Source: Candidatus Caldarchaeum sp.
GTDB lineage: Archaea; Thermoproteota; Nitrososphaeria_A; Caldarchaeales; Caldarchaeaceae
NCBI GenBank assembly: GCA_038885755.1
Contig: JAVZZH010000001.1
Span: 320,001-384,000 of the forward strand
Direction of reading: 5' to 3'
DNA: 64,000 nucleotides
Shown here: in pieces, positions 17,261 through 27,143 of the stretch
Numbering within the stretch: position 1 is the first letter of the stretch
Layout of the letters: every line of letters begins with the position of its first letter
Made by a program: the position numbers and the translations under genes
Notes under the pieces: generated by a model
The model's database searches: none
Told to the model about the DNA's origin: nothing
What the model saw: only the letters and a program-made list of their open reading frames with translations

Positions 17261-18481
17261 ATGGCTGTTGTTGATTTCTTGACCGTGGACGACCTTGAAT
17301 GGGTGGGCAGGCGGGTTTTTGTGAGGGTGGACCTTAACACGCCGATAGACCCTGTGAGCGGCAGGCTCTTGGAGCTGCACCGTATAAGGGAAGCGTCGTT
17401 CACTGTAAAGCACCTGAACGGTGCTAAGATCGTCCTCGGCTCCCATCAGGGCAGGGTTGGAAGATACGATTACGTATCACTCAGCCAGCACGCTAAAGCT
17501 TTGTCGGAGGTTTTGGGAAGGCCCGTCAAGTTTGTCGAGGACGTGTTCGGCGAGTCCGCTAGAGCTGCGATAAAAAGCATGGGTGAGGGAGACATTCTCC
17601 TGCTGGAAAATCTGAGGTTTGCCGCCGAGGAGAACTTCGAGTTCACGCCCGAGGATGCGGCGAAAACCCATCTGGTGAGCAAGCTGGCGCCTCTGTTCGA
17701 CATCTGCGTTCTGGATGCCTTCCCAACGGCTCACCGAGCCCATCCATCCATAGTCGGCTTTCCAGAGATACTTCCGACGTGCGCCGGCTACTTGGTTGCT
17801 CGGGAGCTGAAGTCCCTTAACCGTGTTATCGCGACCTCAAAGGCTCCTTACACGGCTGTTCTCGGCGGGTCGAAGGTCTCCGACAGACTAGAGGCTATAG
17901 AGGCGCTCATCTCGAACGGCCGTGCTGACAACGTCCTCCTGACAGGGTTGATAGGGGTTGTGTTCCTCAGAGCGGTTGAAGCCTTCAAAAAACCGCTTCC
18001 CAGAGAGTTGGAGAAACACGTGCCCAAGGCGGCTAAGCTTTACAACGAGCACAGGGAGAAGTTCCAGCTTCCGGAGGATGTTGCGGTTGAGAAGGACGGT
18101 GAAAGGGTTGAGGTGGACGTCCGAAGCCTGGAAAACGCTGAGCAGGTTCTCGACATAGGGGACAGGACGATCAAGAAGTACTCGAAGATTATCAAGAGCT
18201 CCGGAACCATCTTCATCAGCGGCCCTCCGGGAATGTTCGAGAAGAAGGGCTTCGAGAAGGGGACTGACGAGCTTCTTCTCGCCACGGCCAGCTCGCTTGG
18301 GACGTCAATCGTAAGCGGTGGGCATTTGTCGGCGGCTCTTGAAAGGCTCGGGGTGAAGGACTGGATTGACCACGTGAGCACGGCTGGAGGTGCTTTGGTC
18401 ATGTTTCTCGCAGGTATGAGCCTGCCTCTGATAGAGGCTCTCGGCCGAAGCGCTAGACGCTACAGGGGTGGGGTTGTTTGA
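17261..18481 (+). CDS. pgk: Phosphoglycerate kinase
   Basis: RVDLNTP, SHQGR, LLENLRF, AHRAHPS, LGGSKV, GGH, STAGGA. Confidence 0.96.
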   Translation: MAVVDFLTVDDLEWVGRRVFVRVDLNTPIDPVSGRLLELHRIREASFTVKHLNGAKIVLGSHQGRVGRYDYVSLSQHAKALSEVLGRPVKFVEDVFGESARAAIKSMGEGDILLLENLRFAAEENFEFTPEDAAKTHLVSKLAPLFDICVLDAFPTAHRAHPSIVGFPEILPTCAGYLVARELKSLNRVIATSKAPYTAVLGGSKVSDRLEAIEALISNGRADNVLLTGLIGVVFLRAVEAFKKPLPRELEKHVPKAAKLYNEHREKFQLPEDVAVEKDGERVEVDVRSLENAEQVLDIGDRTIKKYSKIIKSSGTIFISGPPGMFEKKGFEKGTDELLLATASSLGTSIVSGGHLSAALERLGVKDWIDHVSTAGGALVMFLAGMSLPLIEALGRSARRYRGGVV

Positions 18482-19488
18482 TAAAGGTTGGCGTCAACGG
18501 CTACGGAACGATAGGAAGGAGGGTGGCTGACGCCGTCAGCTTGCAGGACGACATGACTGTCGTAGGGGTTGTGAAGGCAACGCCTGACTACAAGGCTAGG
18601 AGAGCGCTGGAGAAAGGCTACAGAATCTACTGCATAGACCAGGAGGGTGTATCCCGCTTCAGGAAGGCGGGCATAAGGGTTGAAGGGGTTCTGGACGACT
18701 TGCTGAGCGAGTGTGATGTGGTTGTCGACTGCACACCCGGAGACGTCGGAATGACATACAGACAGAAGTATGCTTCGATGGGTAGGAGGGCCGTGTTCCA
18801 AGGCGGCGAGGAGGCTGAAGTGGCTGAGACCAGCTTCGTGGCTCAGTGCAACTACGACAAGGCAGTTGGCAGAAAGTCGGTAAGAGTCGTCTCATGCAAC
18901 ACAACAGCTCTATGCAGGGTTCTTCACTCTCTGGACACCGCGTACGGTATTGAGAGAGCCCGGGCCGTGATAGCTAGGCGGGCTTCGGACCCAGAAGAGT
19001 CCTCTAAAGGCTTGATAGACGCCGTCGTGTTCGACCCCGTCGAGGTTCCGTCGCATCACGCCGACGATGTCAGAACCGTTCTTCCAGAGTTAAACATCTT
19101 GACCATGGCTATGAAGGTTCCGACAAGCCACATGCACGTCCACAGCCTCCTTATCACGCTTGAGAGGAATGCTTCGACCGAGGAGGTGAGGGATCTTCTC
19201 TCCCGAACTACGCGCGTGAAGGTTGTCTGGAAGTCGGACGGGTTCAAGAGCACGGCTAACGTCTTCGAATACGGCAGGGAGAGCGGCCGGTCTAGGGGAG
19301 ACGTCTACGAGGCTGTGGTGTGGGGGGATTCCGTCAAGGCTGTTGGACGGGAGGTCTACTTCTTCATGGGCGTCCATCAGGAGGCTATCGTTGTTCCGGA
19401 GAACGTCGACGCTGTGAGAGCTGTCGTGGGTGAGACACCGGCCGACCAGAGCATACAGAAAACCAACAAGGCGCTTGGAATAGTTTGA
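18478..19488 (+). CDS. gap: Archaeal type II glyceraldehyde-3-phosphate dehydrogenase
   Basis: NGYGTIGRRVADA, FQGGE, VSCNTT, SHH, HQEAIVVPENVDAVRA. Confidence 0.96.
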   Translation: MIKVGVNGYGTIGRRVADAVSLQDDMTVVGVVKATPDYKARRALEKGYRIYCIDQEGVSRFRKAGIRVEGVLDDLLSECDVVVDCTPGDVGMTYRQKYASMGRRAVFQGGEEAEVAETSFVAQCNYDKAVGRKSVRVVSCNTTALCRVLHSLDTAYGIERARAVIARRASDPEESSKGLIDAVVFDPVEVPSHHADDVRTVLPELNILTMAMKVPTSHMHVHSLLITLERNASTEEVRDLLSRTTRVKVVWKSDGFKSTANVFEYGRESGRSRGDVYEAVVWGDSVKAVGREVYFFMGVHQEAIVVPENVDAVRAVVGETPADQSIQKTNKALGIV

Positions 19489-20114
19489 AAAGGGTTAAGG
19501 CTGTTTTCCTAGACGTCGACGGCACGCTGTATCGCAGCAGTAAGTATGAAGAGCATCTCCTCGAGTCCGCGGTGGCTGTCCTCGCCGAGCTGCTTCAGCT
19601 CAGCAGGGCCGAGGCCTTTAGAAAGCTGATGAGTTTGAAAAGGGAGGTCAAAACCGTGAGCAAGAGCGTTGAGTTGATGGGGTTGAGCCGCAGCATCTTC
19701 TACGGTCGGCTCGCCGAGCGGGTTGTGCCGGAAAAATACATTGAGCCGGCGCCGGAGGTTGTCGAAACGCTGCTTTCCCTCAGGAGGAGAGGTTTGTTCG
19801 TCGGCCTGCACACCAACTCGGGCAGAAGGCTTGCCGCTAAGGTTTTAGAATGCTTGGGCGTGGGTTCAGACTGCTACGACTTCATCGTCACGAGCGACGA
19901 CGCTGAACCCAAGCCGGACCCTGCAGGCTACATGCTTCTTCTGTCGAAGTCGGGAGCGGGGGCCGGCGAGGCTCTGTATGTTGGAGACAGGTGTGATGTG
20001 GAGCTGGCTCCTGCTAAGAAGGTGGGGATGCTGACGGCTGGCGTAAATATGAGCGACTGTGTTTACGCCGACTACATCCTTAGCAGCGTTGTAGAAGTCT
20101 TGGATATCATTTGA
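19485..20114 (+). CDS. HAD-superfamily hydrolase
   Basis: DVDGTLY, TNS, KPDP, VGDR..D. Confidence 0.9.
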   Translation: MKRVKAVFLDVDGTLYRSSKYEEHLLESAVAVLAELLQLSRAEAFRKLMSLKREVKTVSKSVELMGLSRSIFYGRLAERVVPEKYIEPAPEVVETLLSLRRRGLFVGLHTNSGRRLAAKVLECLGVGSDCYDFIVTSDDAEPKPDPAGYMLLLSKSGAGAGEALYVGDRCDVELAPAKKVGMLTAGVNMSDCVYADYILSSVVEVLDII

Positions 20115-20808
20115 TTCCAAGATAAAGCTTCCCAAGCTCCTCGTGCCGCAGAAGCGTCTGCGCCTCTCCCTCGAAGACCGGCCGGCCGCTGACGAGCAGC
20201 ACAGCTCTGTCAGCTATCTCCAAAGCTTTTCTAGCGTTCTGCTCGGCGAGGAGAATGGTCTTGCCGTAGTCGTCTCTAAGCCCCTTGATTATGTCGAGGA
20301 TCTGCGTAGCCATCTTCGGAGACAGGTTGCCGGTCGGCTCGTCGAAAAGCATCAGCTTTGGCTGGCGGACGAGGGCCATGGCGATGGCCAACATCTGCCT
20401 CTCTCCTCCGCTCATGTAAGCAGCCTTCTTTCCTTGGTATTTTTTGAGGTGGGGGAAGATATCCATGACGTCGTAGACTGCTTGCTCTCTTTTCGCCATG
20501 CCGTAGGTTGATATGAGTAGGTTTTCTCGGACGGTGAGGTTGGCGAAGACGTTGTCGACTTGGGGGACGTAGGCAACTCCCTGCGAGGCCACTGAGTGGG
20601 GTGGAAGCCCGGTGATGTCTTTGCCGTCGAGATATACTTTACCCGAGTAGACACGGGTCAGCCCGAAAATGGTTTTGAGAAGAGTGCTTTTGCCGCTTCC
20701 GTTAGGACCTAAAACGGTGGTTAGAAGTTTTTCAGGAGCCGAGACCGAGACTTCGAACAGAACTTGCAGCTTTCTGTAGCCGGCTCCAAGGTTTTCAGTC
20801 CTCAGCAA
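20107..20808 (-). CDS. livF: Branched-chain amino acid ABC ATPase (LivF-like)
   Basis: GPNGSGKS, MSGGERQMLA, DEP, AEQNA. Confidence 0.9.
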   Translation of the reverse strand: MLRTENLGAGYRKLQVLFEVSVSAPEKLLTTVLGPNGSGKSTLLKTIFGLTRVYSGKVYLDGKDITGLPPHSVASQGVAYVPQVDNVFANLTVRENLLISTYGMAKREQAVYDVMDIFPHLKKYQGKKAAYMSGGERQMLAIAMALVRQPKLMLFDEPTGNLSPKMATQILDIIKGLRDDYGKTILLAEQNARKALEIADRAVLLVSGRPVFEGEAQTLLRHEELGKLYLGIK

Positions 20809-20811
20809 GCT

Positions 20812-21576
20812 TCATCCACCGAGGTAGCTCTCAACCACCCTTATGTCGTTCAAAACCTCCGAAGGCTTGCCCTCTGAGATGATTTTACCCAGATGCATGG
20901 CGTAAACGTAGTCGACGTAGGGTATTGCTAGGTCGAGGCGATGCTCTATGAGCAGGAGCGTCACCCCAAGCTTTCGGTTGACTTCTTTCAAGTAGGCGAA
21001 GACTTCATGTGCTAGGATTGGGTTTATGCCTGCCGCCGGCTCGTCCATGAGTATCATTTTCGCACCGCTCATCAAAGCCCTGCCTGTTTCGAGGAGCTTC
21101 ATCTGGCCGCCGCTAAGCTTGAAGGCCTGCTGGTCCCAGAGATGGTCAAGCTTCAAAAGCTTTAAGATCTTATAGGCTTTCTCAACCGCCTCCTCCTCAA
21201 ATTTAAGCCACTTTGACCTGTTAAGAGCGGAGAGAAGCCCTTCACCCGGGTTGTATTTTTCTGAGGCCAAGAGGTTTTCTAGAACTGTTAGAGACTGGAA
21301 AGGCTGGGGTATCTGCCAGGTCCTAACGAGCCCTAAGCGGTAGATTTGATGCGGTTTCAACCCTGTTACAGGCTTGCCGTCAAAAAACACTTCACCGTGC
21401 TCAGGCCTATAAACTCCTGTGACAACGTTTACCAGAGTGGTTTTGCCGCTACCGTTAGGCCCTATCAAAAGACACATACTGCCTTTTTGCACAGATATGT
21501 CGACTCCGTCTAGAGCCCAGAGTCCGCCGAAGTTTTTAGACACGCCTCGAGTCGTTAGAATTGTCTCAACAGTCAT
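20812..21576 (-). CDS. livG: Branched-chain amino acid ABC ATPase (LivG-like)
   Basis: FGGL.AL, GPNGSGKT, LSGGQ, DEPAAG, IEH, YLG; start placed at MTVE (21576). Confidence 0.9.
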   Translation of the reverse strand: MTVETILTTRGVSKNFGGLWALDGVDISVQKGSMCLLIGPNGSGKTTLVNVVTGVYRPEHGEVFFDGKPVTGLKPHQIYRLGLVRTWQIPQPFQSLTVLENLLASEKYNPGEGLLSALNRSKWLKFEEEAVEKAYKILKLLKLDHLWDQQAFKLSGGQMKLLETGRALMSGAKMILMDEPAAGINPILAHEVFAYLKEVNRKLGVTLLLIEHRLDLAIPYVDYVYAMHLGKIISEGKPSEVLNDIRVVESYLGG

Positions 21577-21608
21577 TCTATAAAAAATGGATAAATAATA
21601 TATGAGTT

Positions 21609-22982
21609 TTACGGCGTGAAGCCCGCGGCCCACTCGAAGGAGTTAGATGCGTAGATGTATCTTCCGGCTTCAACCCAACGTGGTTTGCCGTCCACCGTCT
21701 TCACAACCCAGAGAATGTAGTCCGAGTATGGAAGGTCTCCGCCGTCGTCGAGCTTCAGGCTCAAGAACTCGGGAGCCACAGTCGGCAGAACAGCCTTAAC
21801 CGCTTCGGCATCATACTTCTGGGTTGCCATCAGTGCCAGAGCGTAGGCCCAGACAGCGCTGTAAGCCGCATAAGAGTATGCGTCGGGCGGCGAGCGTCCT
21901 AGCACTCTTAAAACCTCGGCATCTATTCTCGCTTTCCTGTCGGGGGTTGTGGCGAAGAACAGCGGGTTAATCCATTTGACCTGTTCAGCGAAGCTGGAGG
22001 CAGCCGGGTCTTGGAATATCGCTGCAGTGACAGCAGTTCCGTCGCTGCCGAACCATCTTACCTGCTTTAGCTGTGGATATTCGTTTGCAGCCGATAGGAA
22101 TGCCACCACCTCATCAAAGCCGACTATCTCGATCATGATTTTGTTGCCCTGAACTCCTGAATCGAGCAGAGACTTGACCGCGTTGGCTAGCTGGGAGACT
22201 TCGGCTGAGAACTCTGTCTTGTCCGGAGCGTATCTGAGCTCGAAGGCTAGGTTGAGACCAAGTTTCCTAGCCTCACCTGTCGAGACTGTATGCAGGCCGT
22301 CGCCCCACGGGTCTCCTCTCCACACGTAGAGGAAGTGCGTCACTCCGAGGAGCTTTGCAAGCCGTGGGCCGATTGGTCCTTGAATATCATCAGCAGGACA
22401 GAATCTGTAAACGTAGTCGCCGGGTATCTTAAGGTCGGGCGCCGTCGACGACTGGGATATCAGGAGAATCTTGTTTGTGTCGGCGAAGCCCTTTATCTGA
22501 CGCACTTCGGCGGAGGTCATGGGGCCGACGATTAACCTCACGCCCCTGGCGTATAGGCTTCTTATCTTCTCTTCGGCGGTGGCTGGTGCGCATGCTGTAT
22601 CTTCGTGGACTAGTTTGATTCTGAATCCAGCGCCAGCCTTTTGTAGATAATCGTTCACCTCTTTGGCCGCAAGGTCCATGGCAACTTTCTCGTTTTCAGC
22701 GTATGAGGAGAGCACAGCGCTGAGACATAGCAGCGTACCTATCTGCACTTCTCCCGTAAGACCTGCAGCAGCAGTCGCCGTCACTGTCCTCTCAACCGTT
22801 GCTGTCCTAAACACAGTCTGAGCAGCAGTCGCCGTCACTGTCCTTTCAACCGTTTGCACCTGCGGTCCAACGCCAACCAATGGACCAAGGGCCACAGCTC
22901 CTATCAGAAGACCGATAACAAGGGCAACAACAGCAGCAGCGCCTGCGACAGTTGAGGATACGGCTTTAGTATTTTTTCTCAT
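21609..22982 (-). CDS. ABC substrate-binding protein (LivK-type) with class III-like signal peptide and Thr-rich linker
   Basis: MRKNTKA|VSS + hydrophobic helix; GPMTS, ISQSSTA, YRFCP.D. Confidence 0.88.
   Translation of the reverse strand: MRKNTKAVSSTVAGAAAVVALVIGLLIGAVALGPLVGVGPQVQTVERTVTATAAQTVFRTATVERTVTATAAAGLTGEVQIGTLLCLSAVLSSYAENEKVAMDLAAKEVNDYLQKAGAGFRIKLVHEDTACAPATAEEKIRSLYARGVRLIVGPMTSAEVRQIKGFADTNKILLISQSSTAPDLKIPGDYVYRFCPADDIQGPIGPRLAKLLGVTHFLYVWRGDPWGDGLHTVSTGEARKLGLNLAFELRYAPDKTEFSAEVSQLANAVKSLLDSGVQGNKIMIEIVGFDEVVAFLSAANEYPQLKQVRWFGSDGTAVTAAIFQDPAASSFAEQVKWINPLFFATTPDRKARIDAEVLRVLGRSPPDAYSYAAYSAVWAYALALMATQKYDAEAVKAVLPTVAPEFLSLKLDDGGDLPYSDYILWVVKTVDGKPRWVEAGRYIYASNSFEWAAGFTP
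22767..22854. repeat. 34-bp direct repeat (1 mismatch, period 54 bp) encoding TVERTVTATAA twice
   Basis: AGCAGCAGTCGCCGTCACTGTCCTYTCAACCGTT at 22767-22800 and 22821-22854. Confidence 0.85.
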
Positions 22983-23060
22983 GCTTTTTTAAAGCCAAAA
23001 CCATGTATATAAGCGTTTTTACAAATCTTATATAGCCCTCGCCAAATATGATGCGGATAG

Positions 23061-24002
23061 ATGGTCGTATTTGAGCCGATAATCAGGGACGCGGTGATCT
23101 TTGCGAGCATGTTAAGCCTTTTGTCTCTTGGCTTAACGCTCAACTATCTCACGACTAAGGTTCCTAACTTCTCCCACGGCAGCTTCGCCTCAATTGGAAT
23201 GATGACCATGCTCACCATGACGGAGTTATTCAAGCTTCATCCTTACTTGTCCGTCGTACCGGCTTTTTTGCTGGGCGGTGCGGCTGCGCTCGTCCTCTAC
23301 CTCGTGGTTCTCAGGACTTTAATCTCCAGGGACGCAAGCCTAGTCTCACAGATGATAGCAACCCTGGCGTTCGAGCTGATTCTAATAGCTGTCCTCAACA
23401 TTTACGCCGACTACTTCACGCAGACATTCAAGGTTCAGTCCCGAGGGTTCTTGATAAGAAGAAACGATGTGAGGCTGTTCGACCAGCCTGGAGTATTCCT
23501 AACAGCGCCCACCCTAGCCGTGTTAACCGTTGTGCTCCTGCACGTGATTTTGACCAAGACCCGGTTTGGCGTAGGATTACGGGCCGCCATAGAGAACCCT
23601 CCGCTAGCCGGAAGCCTTGGAATAAACGTCAAACGCATGTACTCGTATTCGTGGTTTATAGCGGGAGGTCTTGGGGGGCTCGCTGGCTCTCTTCTAGCCC
23701 TCTGGTTTCAGGGAAGCCCTGACTACGGCAGCCTGCAGCTGATAAGCATCTTCGCAGCGAGCATAGTGGGCGGTCTCCAGAATATTTACGGAGCCGTCGC
23801 TGGAGGATACTTGCTCGGCTTCATCGAAATACTGGGGACGCGACAGCTCGGCCTCACTTTCGGGGCTTGGATTACAGTCTATCGGCCGTTAATCCCGCTG
23901 ACGGCCATGGCTATAACACTGATATTAATACCCCAAGGCCTGATAGCAGTTAGATGGAGGAGGTTGGGTAGGCTTCTTTTCGGCAGAGGTGTGAGAGCTT
24001 GA
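23061..24002 (+). CDS. livH: Branched-chain amino acid ABC permease (LivH-like)
   Basis: GLTL....VPNFSHG, TRFGVGLRA..EN..LA..LGIN, GGL, PQGL. Confidence 0.9.
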   Translation: MVVFEPIIRDAVIFASMLSLLSLGLTLNYLTTKVPNFSHGSFASIGMMTMLTMTELFKLHPYLSVVPAFLLGGAAALVLYLVVLRTLISRDASLVSQMIATLAFELILIAVLNIYADYFTQTFKVQSRGFLIRRNDVRLFDQPGVFLTAPTLAVLTVVLLHVILTKTRFGVGLRAAIENPPLAGSLGINVKRMYSYSWFIAGGLGGLAGSLLALWFQGSPDYGSLQLISIFAASIVGGLQNIYGAVAGGYLLGFIEILGTRQLGLTFGAWITVYRPLIPLTAMAITLILIPQGLIAVRWRRLGRLLFGRGVRA

Positions 24003-25138
24003 TAGAAACTCAGCAGCTCTTAACATTCTTACTGGATATTGTTGCATACTTCGCGATCTATTTAATACTGAACACAAGCCTCAACATTGAATACGGGCTG
24101 GCTGGAATCCCTAACTTCGGAAAAGTTCTCGCAGTGGCCGGAGGCGCTTTTGTGGTTGGAGCTGTTCCGGGAAGGGTTTTGGCTGACCAGCTTAATTTGC
24201 TTAAAGGATTCAGAGCCGTAGAGAACAACCCTGTCCTGTCAGAGTGTCTGAAGACCTTAGCCCAGATTAAGCCACGCATCCTAGAGGGAATGGACTACAT
24301 CGAGGACAATTCAGTAATCGGGGATTGCATACGTAGGGTGATGGTCGGAGACCCTATTCTCTCCCTTACGGTGTTGCTTGCCACGGTTGGTCTGGCAGCG
24401 CTGGTAGGAGCTGGCTTAGGTTTTATCGCCTCCTACCCAGCAATAAGGCTTAGGGAGGATTATCTCGCCATGACCTTGTTAGCGATGGGCGAGTTTTTAA
24501 GGCAGGTCGGCTATCTGGAGAGAACCCTCGTGGGCGGGACCCTCGGGGTCTTCGCTCCAGACCCGTATGGATGGCTAGGTGCCAACAGGTTTTACGCCTC
24601 GGCCTTCGTGATTTCTCTTGTTGCCTTAGTGTTTTTCATTTACATGCGTCAGCTCGCCTACTCGCCTGCAGGCAGGGCGCTCAAAGCTCTGAAGGACCAG
24701 GAGATGGCGGCTGAGGTTCTTGGGAAAGACGTCGTAAGGTTGAAGCAGAAAGTTTTGGTGTTGTCTTCTGTTATGGCTGCTGTTGCAGGAGCTTTATGGG
24801 CTTTCAACTCCCAAGGCGTTATAGCGTCAACATACGATAGAATCAACTGGACCTTCTGGCCGTGGGTTATGGTTATCATAGGGGGAGCAGGCAACCACAG
24901 GGGCGTTCTGCTCGGAACCTTTGTCTTCGTTGTCCTGAGAAGAACGATAGACACATACAGGTATGTGCTAGAGCCGGTCATTCCATTCAGCCTGGTCTGG
25001 CTAGACAGGCTGTTGTTCGGCATAGCGTTGATCGTCGTGCTGATCCTGAGGCCGCAGGGAATTCTTCCGGAAAAGCCGACGCCGGCAGTAGACTTCAAGC
25101 GCATCAGAAATATAATATCGGAGCTTGAGAAAAGGTAG
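23999..25138 (+). CDS. livM: Branched-chain amino acid ABC permease (LivM-like)
   Basis: SLNIEYG.AGIPNFG, RLREDYLAMTLLA.GE, SP.GR.LKA, GG.GN, RPQGI. Confidence 0.9.
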   Translation: MIETQQLLTFLLDIVAYFAIYLILNTSLNIEYGLAGIPNFGKVLAVAGGAFVVGAVPGRVLADQLNLLKGFRAVENNPVLSECLKTLAQIKPRILEGMDYIEDNSVIGDCIRRVMVGDPILSLTVLLATVGLAALVGAGLGFIASYPAIRLREDYLAMTLLAMGEFLRQVGYLERTLVGGTLGVFAPDPYGWLGANRFYASAFVISLVALVFFIYMRQLAYSPAGRALKALKDQEMAAEVLGKDVVRLKQKVLVLSSVMAAVAGALWAFNSQGVIASTYDRINWTFWPWVMVIIGGAGNHRGVLLGTFVFVVLRRTIDTYRYVLEPVIPFSLVWLDRLLFGIALIVVLILRPQGILPEKPTPAVDFKRIRNIISELEKR

Positions 25139-25663
25139 GTGATGACCGGCGCCGGAGACCGTGGAGACACTTACCTGCCGGGAACGGGGAGGGTTAGGAA
25201 AACCCATCCCAGAGTAGCTGCTTTCGGAGAGGTTGACGAACTATCGTCGTTCATCGGTCTAGCCCGCGCTGCTCTGAAGTATGAGGAAGTCGACGAACTT
25301 CTCAAGACTGTTCAGGAAAGCCTTTTTCACGTGGGAGCATATCTCGCAAACCCCACCCACCCCGTCGAGAAAATAAGGAGCAATAGCTTGGTCGTCGAAG
25401 AATGGGTCAGACTGCTTGAGTCGAACCTCCCTCCATTAAGACATTTCATTTATCCCGCGGGATGCACGGAGGCCGTCTTGATGCATGTCTGCAGGGCTGT
25501 TGCCAGAAGGGCTGAAAGAGCCGTGGCCCGTGTCGCCGACGAAGAACCCGTCGACGAATCGATTACGGCTTTTCTCAACAGGCTTTCGACGCTTTTCTTC
25601 CTGCTGGCCCGTGAGATGAACAGGAGGGCCGGCGTCTCCGAGGAGGAGTGGCGCCAGTCCTAG
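25139..25663 (+). CDS. ATP:cob(I)alamin adenosyltransferase (PduO-type)
   Basis: GDRGDT, GEVDELSSFIG, HVCRAVARRAER, FLNRLS. Confidence 0.92.
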   Translation: MMTGAGDRGDTYLPGTGRVRKTHPRVAAFGEVDELSSFIGLARAALKYEEVDELLKTVQESLFHVGAYLANPTHPVEKIRSNSLVVEEWVRLLESNLPPLRHFIYPAGCTEAVLMHVCRAVARRAERAVARVADEEPVDESITAFLNRLSTLFFLLAREMNRRAGVSEEEWRQS

Positions 25664-26331
25664 GTTTTCTTCCTCCTCGCCTCTTTCTCCATGAATCCGG
25701 CTAAAACCTCGAACAGGTAGACGAGCCCGGTTTCTCCGAGGAATCGTCTCGCACCTGAGTTGAAGGAGGTGTTTATCTTGGGCTTGGTGAACTCCGCCGT
25801 GTTCCCAACCCATACCTGGACAAGGGCGTTGACCTTGGGTAGGAACTGGAATGAATACGCTGTTCCGCCCAGCTTCTCTCTCCTGCCCATAAGCCTTCTC
25901 GCCACAGCCTCGAACAGTTCTTTGTCGTAGCCGAAAAGCCTCTCCAACGGCCTGACGACAGCTTTCTGATAGTAATGTTTGTGGCTCGGCTGGAGCAGGA
26001 TGGTTTCAACCGGTATCCAGTTCTCAGGACCGGCTGAATGCCCCACACCTGTGAGATACTCAAGCAGGACGTAGGAAAGCTTCTCGCCCGCCTCCTTCCC
26101 AAGCGTCAGGTCAACCACCGAACCGATGTCAAGCTCCACGCTGAAGGTTTTGTTGAGAACGTTAACCAGGTACCTCCCGTGCCTGCTTGACGGAAGGTAA
26201 ACAACGTCGCATCTCTTCATCGTTGCGGAATGGTCCTGAAGCAGAAGCTTCGTGAACGCTTCCTCAACATGCTTCTTTATGACTGAGTCCGATGACTCGG
26301 GCTGAAGCAAACCACTCCCCAGAAAGGACAC
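25660..26331 (-). CDS. DUF3786-like protein
   Basis: YSFQFLPKVNALVQVWVG..EF..P.IN..F resembles DUF3786. Confidence 0.6.
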   Translation of the reverse strand: MSFLGSGLLQPESSDSVIKKHVEEAFTKLLLQDHSATMKRCDVVYLPSSRHGRYLVNVLNKTFSVELDIGSVVDLTLGKEAGEKLSYVLLEYLTGVGHSAGPENWIPVETILLQPSHKHYYQKAVVRPLERLFGYDKELFEAVARRLMGRREKLGGTAYSFQFLPKVNALVQVWVGNTAEFTKPKINTSFNSGARRFLGETGLVYLFEVLAGFMEKEARRKKT

Positions 26332-26364
26332 AGGAAGCGGAGGAATTTAAGTAAAAACAAGCCT

Positions 26365-26410
26365 GCTGTTCGAAACAGCTGTGGAAAAAAAGGGGGAGGG
26401 GGGTTAGGGC
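26365..26410 (-). terminator. Putative terminator of the archaellin gene
   Basis: Minus strand: C-rich tract then T7 right after the stop, followed by the GCTGTT/AACAGC hairpin (26365-26379). Confidence 0.55.
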
Positions 26411-26986
26411 TTACGTAAGGTCCATGACGGGGTCGAAAGACGGCGGCAGCCTCCTCTCAATTTTCAGATGCGAGCCTTGCGGCGGCTTTATCTCGATGCT
26501 GAAGACGTCGTTCGGGTCCAGGTCAGATCCCGAGATCTGCGTCACGTTCATCTTCACGGCCCAGACTTCGCCGTACTCGAGCACAGTGTCCCCGTCTCCA
26601 GTCACCTGATACACAGTCGTGATCGTCGAGTTGTTGGGATAGATGTTCTCCTTGAAGGTTCCCTTGTCTCTATACGTTATTACTAGCTTGCCAGGCCTGA
26701 CGTCGACCTCTCCCTTGCCGACCGAAGATTTGATGTAGACTACGATCTCTGTGATGTTTCCGCCCGAGCTCTTCGCAACCACCGCTCCGGCTGTCTCGAT
26801 GGAGGCAAGCGTCTCCTCCAAACCCGCCTGCATCACCTCGCCCGTCTTCTGGGTTGTGAAAAGGCCTAGGTTCAAGACGGCGAAGGAGAAGGCGCTGGCC
26901 ACGATGACGAAGGCTATCAGTATTATCGCTGTCTCTAGCCCCGTCAGACCTTTCTTCGTTTTTTGTATTCTTTTTTCATTATTCAT
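26411..26986 (-). CDS. arlB: Archaellin
   Basis: Class III signal KKG|LTGLETAIILIAFVIVAS; GDGDTVLEYGE; IEIKPPQG. Confidence 0.95.
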   Translation of the reverse strand: MNNEKRIQKTKKGLTGLETAIILIAFVIVASAFSFAVLNLGLFTTQKTGEVMQAGLEETLASIETAGAVVAKSSGGNITEIVVYIKSSVGKGEVDVRPGKLVITYRDKGTFKENIYPNNSTITTVYQVTGDGDTVLEYGEVWAVKMNVTQISGSDLDPNDVFSIEIKPPQGSHLKIERRLPPSFDPVMDLT

Positions 26987-27143
26987 TTTTCGGGCAGCAT
27001 ATAGATAAATGAGGATAGATTAAAATTTTTCTAGAATTTTTTTGGATTATTGTCTTACTCCAATCTTACTTTAGTAATTGATTTATTTAGGTTTTGAGTG
27101 GCATAGACATCATGAAAGCTTGTTTCTTGAGGGGTGAAATCGC

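Noticed and set aside
22767-22854. Direct repeat as a mobile or regulatory element
   Set aside because: It is an in-frame duplication in a Thr-rich linker, common in archaeal binding proteins
20107-25138. Liv ABC cluster as a horizontally acquired island
   Set aside because: It looks slightly more AT-rich, but I cannot quantify this and there are no boundary repeats or mobility genes
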